From an uncultured archaeon (GTDB lineage: Archaea; Thermoproteota; EX4484-205; JAAOZP01), in NCBI GenBank assembly GCA_938045545.1, contig CALIBN010000001.1:1-41802 (forward strand): a stretch of 41,802 nt of DNA, given 5' to 3'. Shown piece after piece: positions 27,013 through 36,616 of this stretch (within the stretch, counting starts at the first letter, position 1; every line of letters begins with the position of its first letter). A program made the position numbers and the translations under genes. The notes below the pieces were generated by a model that was given only the letters and a program-made list of their open reading frames with translations, had not been told where the DNA came from and did not search any database.

Positions 27013-27557
27013 GCAAGAGTAAACCAATTATTCTGATTGCTGGAGAGCTCGGGGCTGGTTGCACAGAGGTTGGGGAGCTTGTTTCCAGAAAGCTCGGCGG
27101 CATAGAGGTTTACAACACTGAGAGATTTATAAGAAGCCTAGTTTCCTCCCCGCACTTAAGCTTCCAGACGCTTGTGGCAAAATCCATTTCAGGAGAGATA
27201 GAGATAGAGAAGGTTTTGCAGAGCATGGTTCTAGACGTGGCTAATAACGGTCCAGCGATAATAGAAGGAAGGAGCGCTTTCTTTGCATTGACGCGCGAAG
27301 TTGATTTGAAAGTCTTCCTTTATAGTGATTTCGACGGGAGGTTGAAGCATATAGCGGAGAAAAGGAGGACCGAAGATTTGAAGCAGATAGAGGAGGATAT
27401 TAAGGCTTCAGACATGGATAGGAGCAGCCTTGTTGAAAGGCTTTACCACAGGAATTGGAGAGACCCCTTATTGTACGACATTATGATAAACACCTCAAAG
27501 GTGCCTTATGAAGAAGTTGCTTCATTCATAATCGAGGCTCTGAAGCTTAAGTATTAA
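27009..27557 (+). CDS. Cytidylate kinase-like family protein
   Basis: IAGELGAGC P-loop variant, IIEGR, LKVFL, DMDR, LYDIMINTS. Confidence 0.8.
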   Translation: MSKSKPIILIAGELGAGCTEVGELVSRKLGGIEVYNTERFIRSLVSSPHLSFQTLVAKSISGEIEIEKVLQSMVLDVANNGPAIIEGRSAFFALTREVDLKVFLYSDFDGRLKHIAEKRRTEDLKQIEEDIKASDMDRSSLVERLYHRNWRDPLLYDIMINTSKVPYEEVASFIIEALKLKY

Positions 27558-27583
27558 CCATAATGGGACTCATGCTAAACGTT

Positions 27584-27596
27584 AAAGATTTATATA
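27584..27596 (+). promoter_or_regulatory. BRE/TATA promoter of the PAKK-rich small gene
   Basis: AAAGA-TTTATATA ending 23 nt before ATG 27620 (leaderless-type spacing). Confidence 0.7.
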
Positions 27597-27619
27597 TGAC
27601 TTAGCGGGAAATATTAACC

Positions 27620-27772
27620 ATGAGCGGAGCTAGTACTGGTGGAGAAGCTAAGCCTGCACAGCCCGCACCCACGCCTGCGCCAGCACCCGCGCCTGCGAAG
27701 CCTCCGGCTAAGAAGGCTAAGAAGCCGGCTAAGAAAGCAAAGGCAAAGAAGGCAAAGAAAACCAAGAAATAA
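27620..27772 (+). CDS. 50-aa Pro/Ala/Lys-rich basic protein (histone H1 C-terminal-tail-like)
   Basis: MSGASTGGEAKPAQPAPTPAPAPAPAKPPAKKAKKPAKKAKAKKAKKTKK*; synonymous variation among repeated codons; promoter and T-tract present; absent from the ORF track. Confidence 0.85.
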   Translation: MSGASTGGEAKPAQPAPTPAPAPAPAKPPAKKAKKPAKKAKAKKAKKTKK

Positions 27773-27801
27773 GGGCTAAAGCACGTGCTAAAACAAATTC
27801 C

Positions 27802-27808
27802 TTTTTTT
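27802..27808 (+). terminator. Oligo-T terminator candidate
   Basis: T7 tract about 30 nt after the stop of 27620-27772. Confidence 0.5.
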
Positions 27809-27815
27809 CGCATGC

Positions 27816-28451
27816 TTAACATATTAACTGGACGATGTCCTTAAGACTGTTTACGACGAACATGGCTCCATGAGCATCCGGCACGGGGGCGCCGGGTTTA
27901 ACGCATAAGACGGATATTTTAACGGCCTTAAACATGCTTTTATCGTGCACAGTGTCCCCGACGGCAGCGGCCTCGTTCAACGGAATAGAGTATTTTTCAC
28001 ACACCCTTCTTAAAACATCCATCTTCCTGGAGGGATCCACGTTGATTTCTATGATGCCTGTGAAAAGGCCTTTCCAGTCGAAAACCATCCTGTTTGAGAT
28101 GCATTCATCCGCAGCAAGCATTCTACACACTCTTTCAGCAAGCACATCCAGGCCGCTTGAGACAATTACTCTTAAAATCCCCTTGCTCCCAAGCTGGTTA
28201 AAGACCATGCTGGCCTCCGGCTTCACCCTAACGCTGGAGAAAACCCGTTCGAAAAAAGACCTGGGCAGCCCCTTAGGCCATAGGCTGACGTCATGTTTAA
28301 CGAACTCCTCATAGTTTATTTCCCCCCTAGAAAATTTTTCAAGCGCCCTCCTAGCAAGATTGTCAGTCCCTAAAAACCTGTGGACGATACGCCAACTGCT
28401 CTCCTCCTCCACGAGCGTCCCATCCATGTCGAAGAAAACTATTCTAACCAT
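27816..28451 (-). CDS. HAD-superfamily phosphatase (phosphoserine phosphatase-like)
   Basis: FFDMDGTL, VSSG, K, VGDTVHD. Confidence 0.88.
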   Translation of the reverse strand: MVRIVFFDMDGTLVEEESSWRIVHRFLGTDNLARRALEKFSRGEINYEEFVKHDVSLWPKGLPRSFFERVFSSVRVKPEASMVFNQLGSKGILRVIVSSGLDVLAERVCRMLAADECISNRMVFDWKGLFTGIIEINVDPSRKMDVLRRVCEKYSIPLNEAAAVGDTVHDKSMFKAVKISVLCVKPGAPVPDAHGAMFVVNSLKDIVQLIC

Positions 28452-29011
28452 TCTGCCAAGCTCATCGTTTCAACGAGTGCTGCAGCAAGCAGCAGGCTGC
28501 CGACTATTAGAAGAGTTGACAAGTATCCTTTAAGCTCCCTGTTAAACCTTTTCTCAACCACGGCAAAGAGACCGGCTAACCCTTGGGCGGAAGCCAAGCC
28601 GTACGCTAGGAATTCAAGTATACCGGCTGGCGTGGAGAGAAGCCGGACGGCAACCGAGAGCGAGTCCAAGTTGTTTATAGTCGAGATTGCTGAAACAGCT
28701 ACCCCGGTGGTTGACGAGGAGACTATGCTGAAACCAAACCCTACCACTGGTATCATCATTACGATGCTTAGGGCAAGATTATGCGCAAAAACATCCAGCA
28801 GCCCTTTGAAGCTCATGCTTCCTGAAACTGCGGTGTATATTTCCTCGGCGAAAGATTTCTCCAAGGGGATTGAAGAGGAGATTAGGAAAACAGTTGAAAA
28901 AAGGAAAACCGTAATCGGGAAAAGACCCCATTTCGTGTGGAGAAACGGGGGGAACCCCCCAATGTCTCGACTACCCTTATGGCTGACGCTTAGTTTTTCA
29001 ACAGCACCCAA
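28439..29011 (-). CDS. SpoIIM-like (DUF95) membrane protein
   Basis: VFAHNL, PAGILEFLAY, LLLAAALVE; start uncertain. Confidence 0.75.
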   Translation of the reverse strand: MGAVEKLSVSHKGSRDIGGFPPFLHTKWGLFPITVFLFSTVFLISSSIPLEKSFAEEIYTAVSGSMSFKGLLDVFAHNLALSIVMMIPVVGFGFSIVSSSTTGVAVSAISTINNLDSLSVAVRLLSTPAGILEFLAYGLASAQGLAGLFAVVEKRFNRELKGYLSTLLIVGSLLLAAALVETMSLAEWLE

Positions 29012-29104
29012 ACTTGGGGAACCCTCAACAGCCTAAAATATAAGGTTTACTGAACGTTTTTCATGCTTGTTGCTTTAAATAGCTCAGCTTCACCCAGTTA
29101 GGGC

Positions 29105-29674
29105 ATGGGCGATGAAGACATTGTTAGGGCAGAGGCTCTCTACAGTGGAAGCGTAGTATCGCTTCTCAGGTACCATGTTTCACTAGGGGGCCGAAGGCTT
29201 GTGAGAGAAGTTGTCGAACACCCTGGTGCTGTTGCAGTAATACCTGTCAGCGACGAGGGCGGAATCATCATGGTTAAGCAGTATAGGCTTCCCGCCGGAA
29301 AGAGCCTCTTGGAAATACCAGCTGGGACGAGTAGGGTCGGCGAGGATGAGGAGGAGTGCGCCCGCAGGGAGCTTCTCGAGGAAACAGGGTACAGGGCGCG
29401 AATCCTGAGAAAAGTCTTAAGCTTCTACCCTGCGCCAGGATACTCCACTGAGAAAATAACGTTGTTTTTAGCGGAAGACTTGGAGAAGGCGGGGCAGAGG
29501 CTTGAGGAAGACGAGGCCATAGAGGTTGTTGAGAAACCCTTGGAGGAGGCTTTTGAGATGCTTAGGAACGGTTTGATTGAGGATGCTAAGACGATTATCG
29601 GGTTATGCTGGCTGAGCAGTTTAAAGCAGCCGGATGCGTTGGATAAGGCTGGAGACCAATACCCATATATTTGA
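29105..29674 (+). CDS. nudF: Nudix hydrolase, ADP-ribose pyrophosphatase family
   Basis: REVVEHPGAV, QYR, Nudix box EIPAG...ARRELLEETGY, PGYSTE, DAKT. Confidence 0.9.
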   Translation: MGDEDIVRAEALYSGSVVSLLRYHVSLGGRRLVREVVEHPGAVAVIPVSDEGGIIMVKQYRLPAGKSLLEIPAGTSRVGEDEEECARRELLEETGYRARILRKVLSFYPAPGYSTEKITLFLAEDLEKAGQRLEEDEAIEVVEKPLEEAFEMLRNGLIEDAKTIIGLCWLSSLKQPDALDKAGDQYPYI

Positions 29675-29708
29675 GCATTATAAGACGATTTTTATGAACA
29701 GGGGAAAC

Positions 29709-30521
29709 ATGGTTTTGCCGAGGCTGGATTACGCTAGGGTCGCGAACTACATAGCGGCGAGGCTTAGACAGTATTTCGAGGACTCCGGAAGGAGGGCAGG
29801 TGTGATAGGGTTATCCGGGGGGGTGGACAGCAGTGTAGTAGCATACTTGACGACGATGGCTCTGGGGAGGGACAGGACAAGGCTTTACATCCTGCCTTCA
29901 AGCGTCACGCCCAACGAGGACATGGAGGACGCTGTGAGCGTCATCGAGAAGCTTGGAATACCCGGTGGGAACTGGAGGATAATAAGCATAGATGAGATCG
30001 TTGAAGCCTTTGAGAGAAAGCTTGGGCAAATGAGCAGGGTTGCGAGGGGAAACATAATGGCGAGAACTAGGATGACAATACTCTACCATGAGGCTGCTGT
30101 GAACAATGGGCTTGTTATAGGGTCAGGGGATAAGAGTGAATACCTCTCCGGGTATTTTACGAAACATGGCGACGGGGGGGCTGATGTCCTTCCAATAGTA
30201 GGACTATATAAGACGCATGTGCGGCAGCTCGCGGAGTATTTGAAAATCCCTGAGAGAATACGGATTAAGCCGCCTTCACCAGCCTTATGGCCAGGACAGA
30301 CGGCTGAGGAGGAGCTAGGAGTAGATTATACGACCCTGGACACAGTGCTCTACCTGAGGTTTGACAAGAAGCTTAGCGAGGAAACGATAAACAGGGTTTC
30401 AGGGATACCTTTGGAAACCGTGGGAAAGATCCTTGAAAGAGTGAGGCTTACAAGGCATAAGAGGCGGTTGCCGAAAAGGTTCGCGATAGACTATGAGGAA
30501 ATGAGTGTTAAAACGTTTTAA
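29709..30521 (+). CDS. nadE: NH3-dependent NAD+ synthetase
   Basis: GLSGGVDS, GNIMARTRM, DKSE, GYFTKHGDG, LYKTHV, PPSPALWPGQTAEEELG; ATG 29709 preferred. Confidence 0.95.
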   Translation: MVLPRLDYARVANYIAARLRQYFEDSGRRAGVIGLSGGVDSSVVAYLTTMALGRDRTRLYILPSSVTPNEDMEDAVSVIEKLGIPGGNWRIISIDEIVEAFERKLGQMSRVARGNIMARTRMTILYHEAAVNNGLVIGSGDKSEYLSGYFTKHGDGGADVLPIVGLYKTHVRQLAEYLKIPERIRIKPPSPALWPGQTAEEELGVDYTTLDTVLYLRFDKKLSEETINRVSGIPLETVGKILERVRLTRHKRRLPKRFAIDYEEMSVKTF

Positions 30522-30563
30522 ACACCATTTCCGTGTGAGACGGTTAAACAATAAGGAATATTA

Positions 30564-31232
30564 ATGAGAGTGTGGAAAACAGGATGGTTGAACAGTCTAG
30601 TGGAAATAACCTTGACCTCCTTCGTTGTTGCCCTCTCAGGAGCCTTAGCTCCAGGCCCTCTTATGGTCACAGCAGTGAGAGAATCCACGAGCAACAGGAG
30701 TAGTAAACCAGGATTACTCCTTTCCCTTGGACATGCTTTGGCTGAAGCACCCGTCACAGTAATACTGGTTTACGGGCTGCTTAGCGTTGACAAGAGTATC
30801 TTCCCCTACCTGAGCCTTATAGGCGGAGTTTTCCTTGTTGCAACAGGAATCCTAGCGGTCATTAGGCCTGGCCGGAAGAACGTTGACGAGGGGAAGACAA
30901 TCGGGACACGCGGTTTCTTAAAGCTCATTATGCTCGGCGTCGCAGTGTCCTTTTCAAACCCCTACTGGACCACCTGGTGGGTTACAATAGGCGCCGCCTA
31001 TGTTACTAAGGCGCTTACAGTGGGGGGCTTAGGAGCCCTCTTTTTCTATCTGAGCCATGAAACGGGGGACCTGCTGGTCCTAGGCTTAATATCGAAAGCA
31101 GCGGCCAGCGGTGCAGACAGTATTGGTGAAAAAGGATTCAGAATCCTAATGATAGTTTGCAATCTTGCAATAATAGTGATAGGAGTATACTTTATTCTCG
31201 AGGGTGTAGAAGCCCTATCTTCAGCAGCATAG
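30564..31232 (+). CDS. LysE-family translocator
   Basis: LSGALAPGPL, GHALAE, SNPYW; multiple TM helices. Confidence 0.88.
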   Translation: MRVWKTGWLNSLVEITLTSFVVALSGALAPGPLMVTAVRESTSNRSSKPGLLLSLGHALAEAPVTVILVYGLLSVDKSIFPYLSLIGGVFLVATGILAVIRPGRKNVDEGKTIGTRGFLKLIMLGVAVSFSNPYWTTWWVTIGAAYVTKALTVGGLGALFFYLSHETGDLLVLGLISKAAASGADSIGEKGFRILMIVCNLAIIVIGVYFILEGVEALSSAA

Positions 31233-31326
31233 TAGAAGCATTTCTGTTAAAACTGCTCATCCGAGTAGGCGCCTCCAGTCAAACGGGTTAGAAAGAGCCT
31301 TAATCCGTGTAGCTGATTGTTTTACA

Positions 31327-31353
31327 GCTGGAAGAGAATGTTTTTCAACCGTC
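31327..31353 (+). promoter_or_regulatory. 27-bp upstream motif, copy 2 (before lhr)
   Basis: GCTGGAAGAGAATGTTTTTCAACCGTC, 25/27 identical to 13881-13907. Confidence 0.55.
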
Positions 31354-31370
31354 GCGTGTTTAATGCACTC

Positions 31371-34232
31371 GTGGAAAGCCCTTCCAGCGAGACGGTTGTT
31401 TCGATGCTTGCGGAACCAGTAGCCAGGCTGGTGGTGGAGAAAGGACTTATCCCACTCACAGAGCCTCAGCTAATGGCCATACCTAGGATACTCGCAGGAG
31501 AGAACGTTTTGATAGTGGCGCCAACCGGAATAGGTAAGACTGAGGCGGCAATACTCCCGGTGCTCAGCCTTATGCTCGAGGACAGGGCCAACGTTAAGAC
31601 GGGTATTTTCCTAATCTACATTACTCCGCTGAGGGCTTTAAACAGGGATCTTGTAGGCAGGATCAGCTGGTGGGCCAGCAGGCTTGACTTCAAGCTCTCC
31701 GTCAGGCATGGCGACACCCCGTCCTCTGAGAGGCGGACGCAATCATTAAGCCCTCCTCATATTCTCGTAACCACTCCGGAAACATTCCAAATACTACTAA
31801 TAGGGTCTAGGCTGAGGAGCCATCTTAAAACCGTCAGATGGGTTGTGGTCGACGAGCTTCATGAGCTAGCCTCAGACAAGAGGGGCAGCCAGCTCTCGCT
31901 AGCCTTGGAGAGGCTTAAAAGAATCGCGGGTGAGAGAATACAGATAATAGGCCTGTCAGCAACGATAGGTGAGCCGGAGCTCCTGGCCCGCTTCATGGTG
32001 GGTTCAGGAGGAGACTTTAAAGTTGTTTCAACACCTGTTCCTCGAGACATGGAGATAGGCATGATTCTCCCAGATGTTGCGGAGGACGACTATGTTACAG
32101 CCGAAAAGCTTTTGACAACGCCTGAAGTATCCGCGAGGCTTCGAGTCATAATGGGGGTTCTCAGGGAGAGGCAGGCTGTTCTCCTCTTCACCAATACTAG
32201 GGCGACTGCTGAAGCGTTGTCTAACAAGCTGCTCGTGATGAACCTTCCGACACCGGTTTCAATCCACCACGGTTCACTGGGTGTTCAGGCCCGGGTTAAG
32301 GCTGAAGAAGGCTTGAAGGAAGGGGAGTTGAGAGGCCTAGTATGCACCTCCAGCCTTGAACTCGGGATAGATGTCGGGCTAGTCGACTTCGTTGTGCAAT
32401 ACGGCTCTCCGAGACAGGCCTCTAGGCTGGTTCAGAGGATAGGGAGGAGTGGCCATAGGATCGGCTTGACGCCCAGGGGGCTGATTATATGCATGGATGA
32501 GGATGATGCTGTTGAATCCATGGTTATAAGGAGAAGAGCATTAAACAATGTTTACGAGCCTGTTTCACCCCCTGAAGAACCATTCGACGTACTGGCGCAT
32601 CAGATCGTCGGAATGCTTCTTGAGAAACCCAGGCTAACCATAGAGGAGATCCTGAAACTGGTTCGAGGAAGCACCCCATACGCTAGGCTTTCAAGAGAAT
32701 CCTTGAAACGGGTTCTGGAATTCCTTTCGTCACAATACCCGAGGTTACTGGCCTTAGACGAGTATAGCGACGCGGTTAGAGCGGGGAGGAAAAGCGGGCT
32801 GATAAGGTTCTTCTTCGAACATGTTTCAAGCATTCCTGAGATCAAACAGTACCCTGTTGTGAATGAAGAGGACAACATGATTATAGGGAACCTGGATGAG
32901 GAGTTCGTGGCGGAGAAGGGGCTTCCAGGCACCAAGTTCGTAATGGGCGGCCTAGTTTGGTCAATAATCCAGGTTTACGAGGGCAGGGTTATTGTGAAGA
33001 GGGCTGAGGACCCGCTTGGAGCAGTACCCTTCTGGACCGGCGAAGAAATACCCGTGGTCTATGAAACAGCCATGGAGGTGGGTGCTTTAAGAAGGATGGT
33101 TGAGGAGAAGTATTCCGAGGGCCTGGGTTTGAAGGAGATTGCCGGAGCCATTTCGCAAAGCTATGGGGTTGACGAGGATCTCGCGTTTAAAACCGTTAAG
33201 CCGATCGTGGAGTGTCTTAAAAGAAACATCCCTGTTGGAACAGACCGGAGGATAGTTTTCGAAAGATGGAGGGACTACACCGTCATACACGTCTGCCTGG
33301 GAGATCTGGGGAACAGGGCCCTGTCAAGAGTCGTCGGCCACATCGTGCTTTCAGAAATAGGCTTAACCGTCCCGGTGAGCAGAGACCCTTACAGGGTTAT
33401 GGTTGAGCGAGCAATCTCACCCTCAATCATACTTGAGAGGATTAAGAGTCTTAGCGAGAAGGATATTGAGAGAATACTGCTTGAAAACATTGAGACTGTC
33501 GGATTGTTCAAAAGAAGGTTTCTGCACGTCGCCAGGAGGATGGGGATAATAGAGAAGGATGCTGACTTAACCTCCATAAGGCTTGAAACCTTGATAAGGA
33601 GTAGTAGAGGCACCGTGGTTTACGATGAGGCTGTTAAAGAGCTTTTGTCTAAAGATTATGAGACAAGACCTCTTGCACAGCTTTTAAGAGACCTGTCCTC
33701 AGGGAGAGTGGAAGCAGTGGTCTACGAGAACCTTGGCGATCCCTCCCCCTTGGCTCAGCCGATTCTAAGACAGGCCGAGAGGCATCTCGATATTTATACG
33801 CCTGAGAACGTTGAGAAGATAGTTTTAATGTATGCTTCAGCGAGGCTGAGAAACACTTCTTTAGAGCTTGTCTGCAGCGAATGCGGCCTTACGCATGGCA
33901 CCGTTAAACCCTTGGAATACGTCCCGGGAGCGAGGTGCAGCAGGTGCGGCGGCAGGCTTGGAGTGAACCCTACCCCCGGCTTAAGGATTAGGCGTGGAAA
34001 ATCCAAGAGGATGAAGGCTGTTTTCAAGAGGATCGCTAAGACGGCGGAGCTGCTTGAAAAGTATGGTAGTGATGCTGCCCTAGCCTTTGCTGGAAGAGGA
34101 TTAAGTCTGAAGACTGTCGAAAAAATATTGTTGAGGAGGAACATGACTGGAGAAGACCTTTTGAAGATGATTGTAGATGCGGAGAGAAGAAGGCTTCAGG
34201 CGAATGAGAAAGAGTCGAGCGCCCGGGATTAA
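31371..34232 (+). CDS. lhr: Lhr-family SF2 helicase with C-terminal Zn finger
   Basis: APTGIGKT, PLRALNRD, RHGDT, DELHE, SAT, HHGSL, SLELGIDVG, QRIGRSGH; CSECG...CSRCG; start GTG 31371 or ATG 31404. Confidence 0.93.
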   Translation: MESPSSETVVSMLAEPVARLVVEKGLIPLTEPQLMAIPRILAGENVLIVAPTGIGKTEAAILPVLSLMLEDRANVKTGIFLIYITPLRALNRDLVGRISWWASRLDFKLSVRHGDTPSSERRTQSLSPPHILVTTPETFQILLIGSRLRSHLKTVRWVVVDELHELASDKRGSQLSLALERLKRIAGERIQIIGLSATIGEPELLARFMVGSGGDFKVVSTPVPRDMEIGMILPDVAEDDYVTAEKLLTTPEVSARLRVIMGVLRERQAVLLFTNTRATAEALSNKLLVMNLPTPVSIHHGSLGVQARVKAEEGLKEGELRGLVCTSSLELGIDVGLVDFVVQYGSPRQASRLVQRIGRSGHRIGLTPRGLIICMDEDDAVESMVIRRRALNNVYEPVSPPEEPFDVLAHQIVGMLLEKPRLTIEEILKLVRGSTPYARLSRESLKRVLEFLSSQYPRLLALDEYSDAVRAGRKSGLIRFFFEHVSSIPEIKQYPVVNEEDNMIIGNLDEEFVAEKGLPGTKFVMGGLVWSIIQVYEGRVIVKRAEDPLGAVPFWTGEEIPVVYETAMEVGALRRMVEEKYSEGLGLKEIAGAISQSYGVDEDLAFKTVKPIVECLKRNIPVGTDRRIVFERWRDYTVIHVCLGDLGNRALSRVVGHIVLSEIGLTVPVSRDPYRVMVERAISPSIILERIKSLSEKDIERILLENIETVGLFKRRFLHVARRMGIIEKDADLTSIRLETLIRSSRGTVVYDEAVKELLSKDYETRPLAQLLRDLSSGRVEAVVYENLGDPSPLAQPILRQAERHLDIYTPENVEKIVLMYASARLRNTSLELVCSECGLTHGTVKPLEYVPGARCSRCGGRLGVNPTPGLRIRRGKSKRMKAVFKRIAKTAELLEKYGSDAALAFAGRGLSLKTVEKILLRRNMTGEDLLKMIVDAERRRLQANEKESSARD

Positions 34233-34248
34233 GATAAACATACCTGTT

Positions 34249-35229
34249 CTACTTTTGACTCCAAGGATATTCCCATCCGTGCACAAAGGCATGCTCTTTA
34301 AGCTCAACCAACGTGTCTTCAGAAAGCAACTTGCCATCAGAGGCCTTACAGTTCTCCTCAACATGCAACGCCTTGCGCATCCCAGGAATTACAGTTGAAA
34401 CTGCCGGATGGCTTAAGCAGAATTTAAGGGCAAGGATAGCTAGAGTAGGCGCATCCTCATTAAGAAAGCGCTCAAGTTCCTTTATCCTTCTCGTCGCTTC
34501 CCTAATCCTGCTGGGCGTTAACCATTCCGACCTCCAGTCTCCTTCCGCAAATTTGTAGTTCTCGTCAATCTTCCCAGTTAAAAGACCCTCTTCGAAGGGA
34601 ACCCTGACTATTATACCCACGTTCTTGTCCAACGCTGCTGGCAGAAGCCTCTCCGCAGGTCTCTGCTCGAAGATGTTATATATGACTTGAACAGTATCTA
34701 TCTTTCCGGACTTGATCAAGTTCACTGGCCCGTAAGGATCCCAGTCATTTGCCGACACCCCGAAGGCTTTTATCATGCCCTGCTCCTTCAAGTAGACTGC
34801 AGCCTCCTGCCAATCCTTTTCGCCAGTATACTGGTCTGTCCAAGCATGAAGCTGCTGAACATCCACATAGTCTGTTCCAAGGTTCTTGAGACTCTTCTCC
34901 GTGCATCGTATTATCCACTCTGATGGAAACGTTTCCGATATAGGCTCGTTTAGCAAAACTGGCCACCTATAGGTCTTAGGAGGAACCTTTGTTGCGATCA
35001 CCACGTTTTCTCTAATCTTGCGTACCGCCTTTCCTATCAGCTTTTCACTGTGGCCATCCCCATAGACCAACGCAGTATCAAAGAAATTTACACCAAGATC
35101 GATTGCCCTTTTTAGTGCGAGAAAAGCCGATTCGTCATCCTTCGGTCCCCACCCGCCGCCTATTCCCCACCCGCCAAACCCTATCTCGCTTACCTCGATC
35201 CCTGTCCTTCCGAGTTTTCTGTACTTCAA
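34249..35229 (-). CDS. Aldo/keto reductase
   Basis: LGRTGIEVSEIGFG, FFDTALVYG, IATK, LGTDYVD..QLH, GVS, VIPG. Confidence 0.93.
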   Translation of the reverse strand: MKYRKLGRTGIEVSEIGFGGWGIGGGWGPKDDESAFLALKRAIDLGVNFFDTALVYGDGHSEKLIGKAVRKIRENVVIATKVPPKTYRWPVLLNEPISETFPSEWIIRCTEKSLKNLGTDYVDVQQLHAWTDQYTGEKDWQEAAVYLKEQGMIKAFGVSANDWDPYGPVNLIKSGKIDTVQVIYNIFEQRPAERLLPAALDKNVGIIVRVPFEEGLLTGKIDENYKFAEGDWRSEWLTPSRIREATRRIKELERFLNEDAPTLAILALKFCLSHPAVSTVIPGMRKALHVEENCKASDGKLLSEDTLVELKEHAFVHGWEYPWSQK

Positions 35230-35279
35230 ACTTGAACGCCAATATTTTTTATGGATTTCTGGCGATATAAATTTATGTT

Positions 35280-35820
35280 TTAAACCAGACTGCCTCTCCC
35301 TAATCCCAGATTTTCAGAGTAGCTGCACAGAAACTCCAGGTTCATCCTGCAGGCTACCAGAGGATTGTCAGTAGGCTGGGTTTCCAGTATTATCCATCAT
35401 GAAGCCTACGTTCTTCAATGCCTCAGGGACGGAAAGCATGTCCATCCTGCTTTCTCCCAGGTGGATGCCCCTAGGATCCTTCATATGTACTCGGCTTATG
35501 CACCATTAAGAATAATATCTATAACCGGGTTTAGGTTTGCATGCACCGCGTTTACCGGGGTCATAATAGGCCTTCACCACCGGGGACCCGATTTCATCGA
35601 CAATCGAGGAGAATTATGTCCCAGATCTCGCAAACGGCTAGCCAACGTTCTACAGCGCATATAAGGTGCTTAGACTCTCAACCGCGTGCGCACAAGTCAT
35701 CATCCCTTGGACTCATCTCATCCTAGCCTCCTCCAGTTTCACATCTTCGACTGAGATTAACGGGATTAACAGGTTTCCAGCTTCTAGCTCAGATGCAATC
35801 TCTGCAGCCTGCTCAGTCAC
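35280..35820 (-). pseudogene. Decayed sugar-phosphate isomerase/epimerase (xylose-isomerase-like TIM barrel)
   Basis: Fragments YAL*NVG*PF, IVDEIGSPVVKAYYDPG, RVHMKD, HLGE, IILET...NLEFL with several stops and frameshifts. Confidence 0.75.
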
Positions 35821-36051
35821 CTGTCAAGCCCAATCCTTTTTTTCTTCGCTGCTTGCGAAACTGAGGCGCCAATAAGTGTGAAGACAAATGGAGATAATAG
35901 CTACTCTAGAGGCTTGGGAGAGGCTCTCAACTCGCGCCTTCCTTCTTCATTTCAAAGCTCGGTTTAAAGCATTCATGCTTAAAAAGTCTGAATGATTTTA
36001 AAGCATTCTTTCGCCAACTGCTTGCAACAGGCTTTTGACAAACACACGGTG

Positions 36052-36603
36052 TCAAGCGCTTAAAATGTAATGTACAAATTTCTCAACGTCAAGCTCAGCA
36101 AAAGTCCTCCAGCCTAACACAAGGTTGCTCCCGTCCTCAGCAATATAGCCTCTTTTAACATACCTGGATAAGTTCAACCTTACCCGCCACTCGGGAAACT
36201 TTTTCCTAAGAATCTCCTCAACCTCCTTAACTGGAGCCGAGCCTTTTCTAGAGATTATTGTAGATATCACTACAGCCAGGCCGGCTATCTCGTCTATAGA
36301 CCAGCCCATGGTTTTTGCAGCAGTCAGGCTGAGCTCATCCCTAAGCGTCACGTAGAATCTTGCCGTTGAAAGCCTGCCCTCATCCTCGCTCATGCTAAGC
36401 TCCCTACCGTCGTCTGAAACAATCTTTATCGTGAGGCCCAGGTCCTGGAGGCGCGTGTTTAGAAACTTTATTATTGAAAGGTAGCCTGGCCCAAGGTTCT
36501 TCTTCAGCTCCCAGCCCTTGACGCCTGGAATCCTATGGCTTTTGAATAACAATAGTTGGACGGCACGCGCAACCCTGCTCCTAATCCTCTCCTCCTGCTC
36601 CAA
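36052..36603 (-). CDS. KITE-family tandem winged-helix protein (ScpB/Nse1/Nse3-MAGE-like)
   Basis: VARAVQLLLFK..., GLAVVISTIISRKGSAPVKEVEEIL, YVKRGYI, LGWRTFAELD parallel the MAGE/Nse3 pattern; directly follows the kleisin-like gene. Confidence 0.7.
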   Translation of the reverse strand: MEQEERIRSRVARAVQLLLFKSHRIPGVKGWELKKNLGPGYLSIIKFLNTRLQDLGLTIKIVSDDGRELSMSEDEGRLSTARFYVTLRDELSLTAAKTMGWSIDEIAGLAVVISTIISRKGSAPVKEVEEILRKKFPEWRVRLNLSRYVKRGYIAEDGSNLVLGWRTFAELDVEKFVHYILSA

Positions 36604-36616
36604 CCTTTAACACTCC

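Noticed and set aside
27601-27822. 73-aa hydrophobic minus-strand ORF (FFAFFAFAFLAG...)
   Set aside because: Antisense shadow of the PAKK gene, which has the promoter and terminator
35365-35875. Three + strand ORFs
   Set aside because: Shadows of the minus-strand isomerase pseudogene
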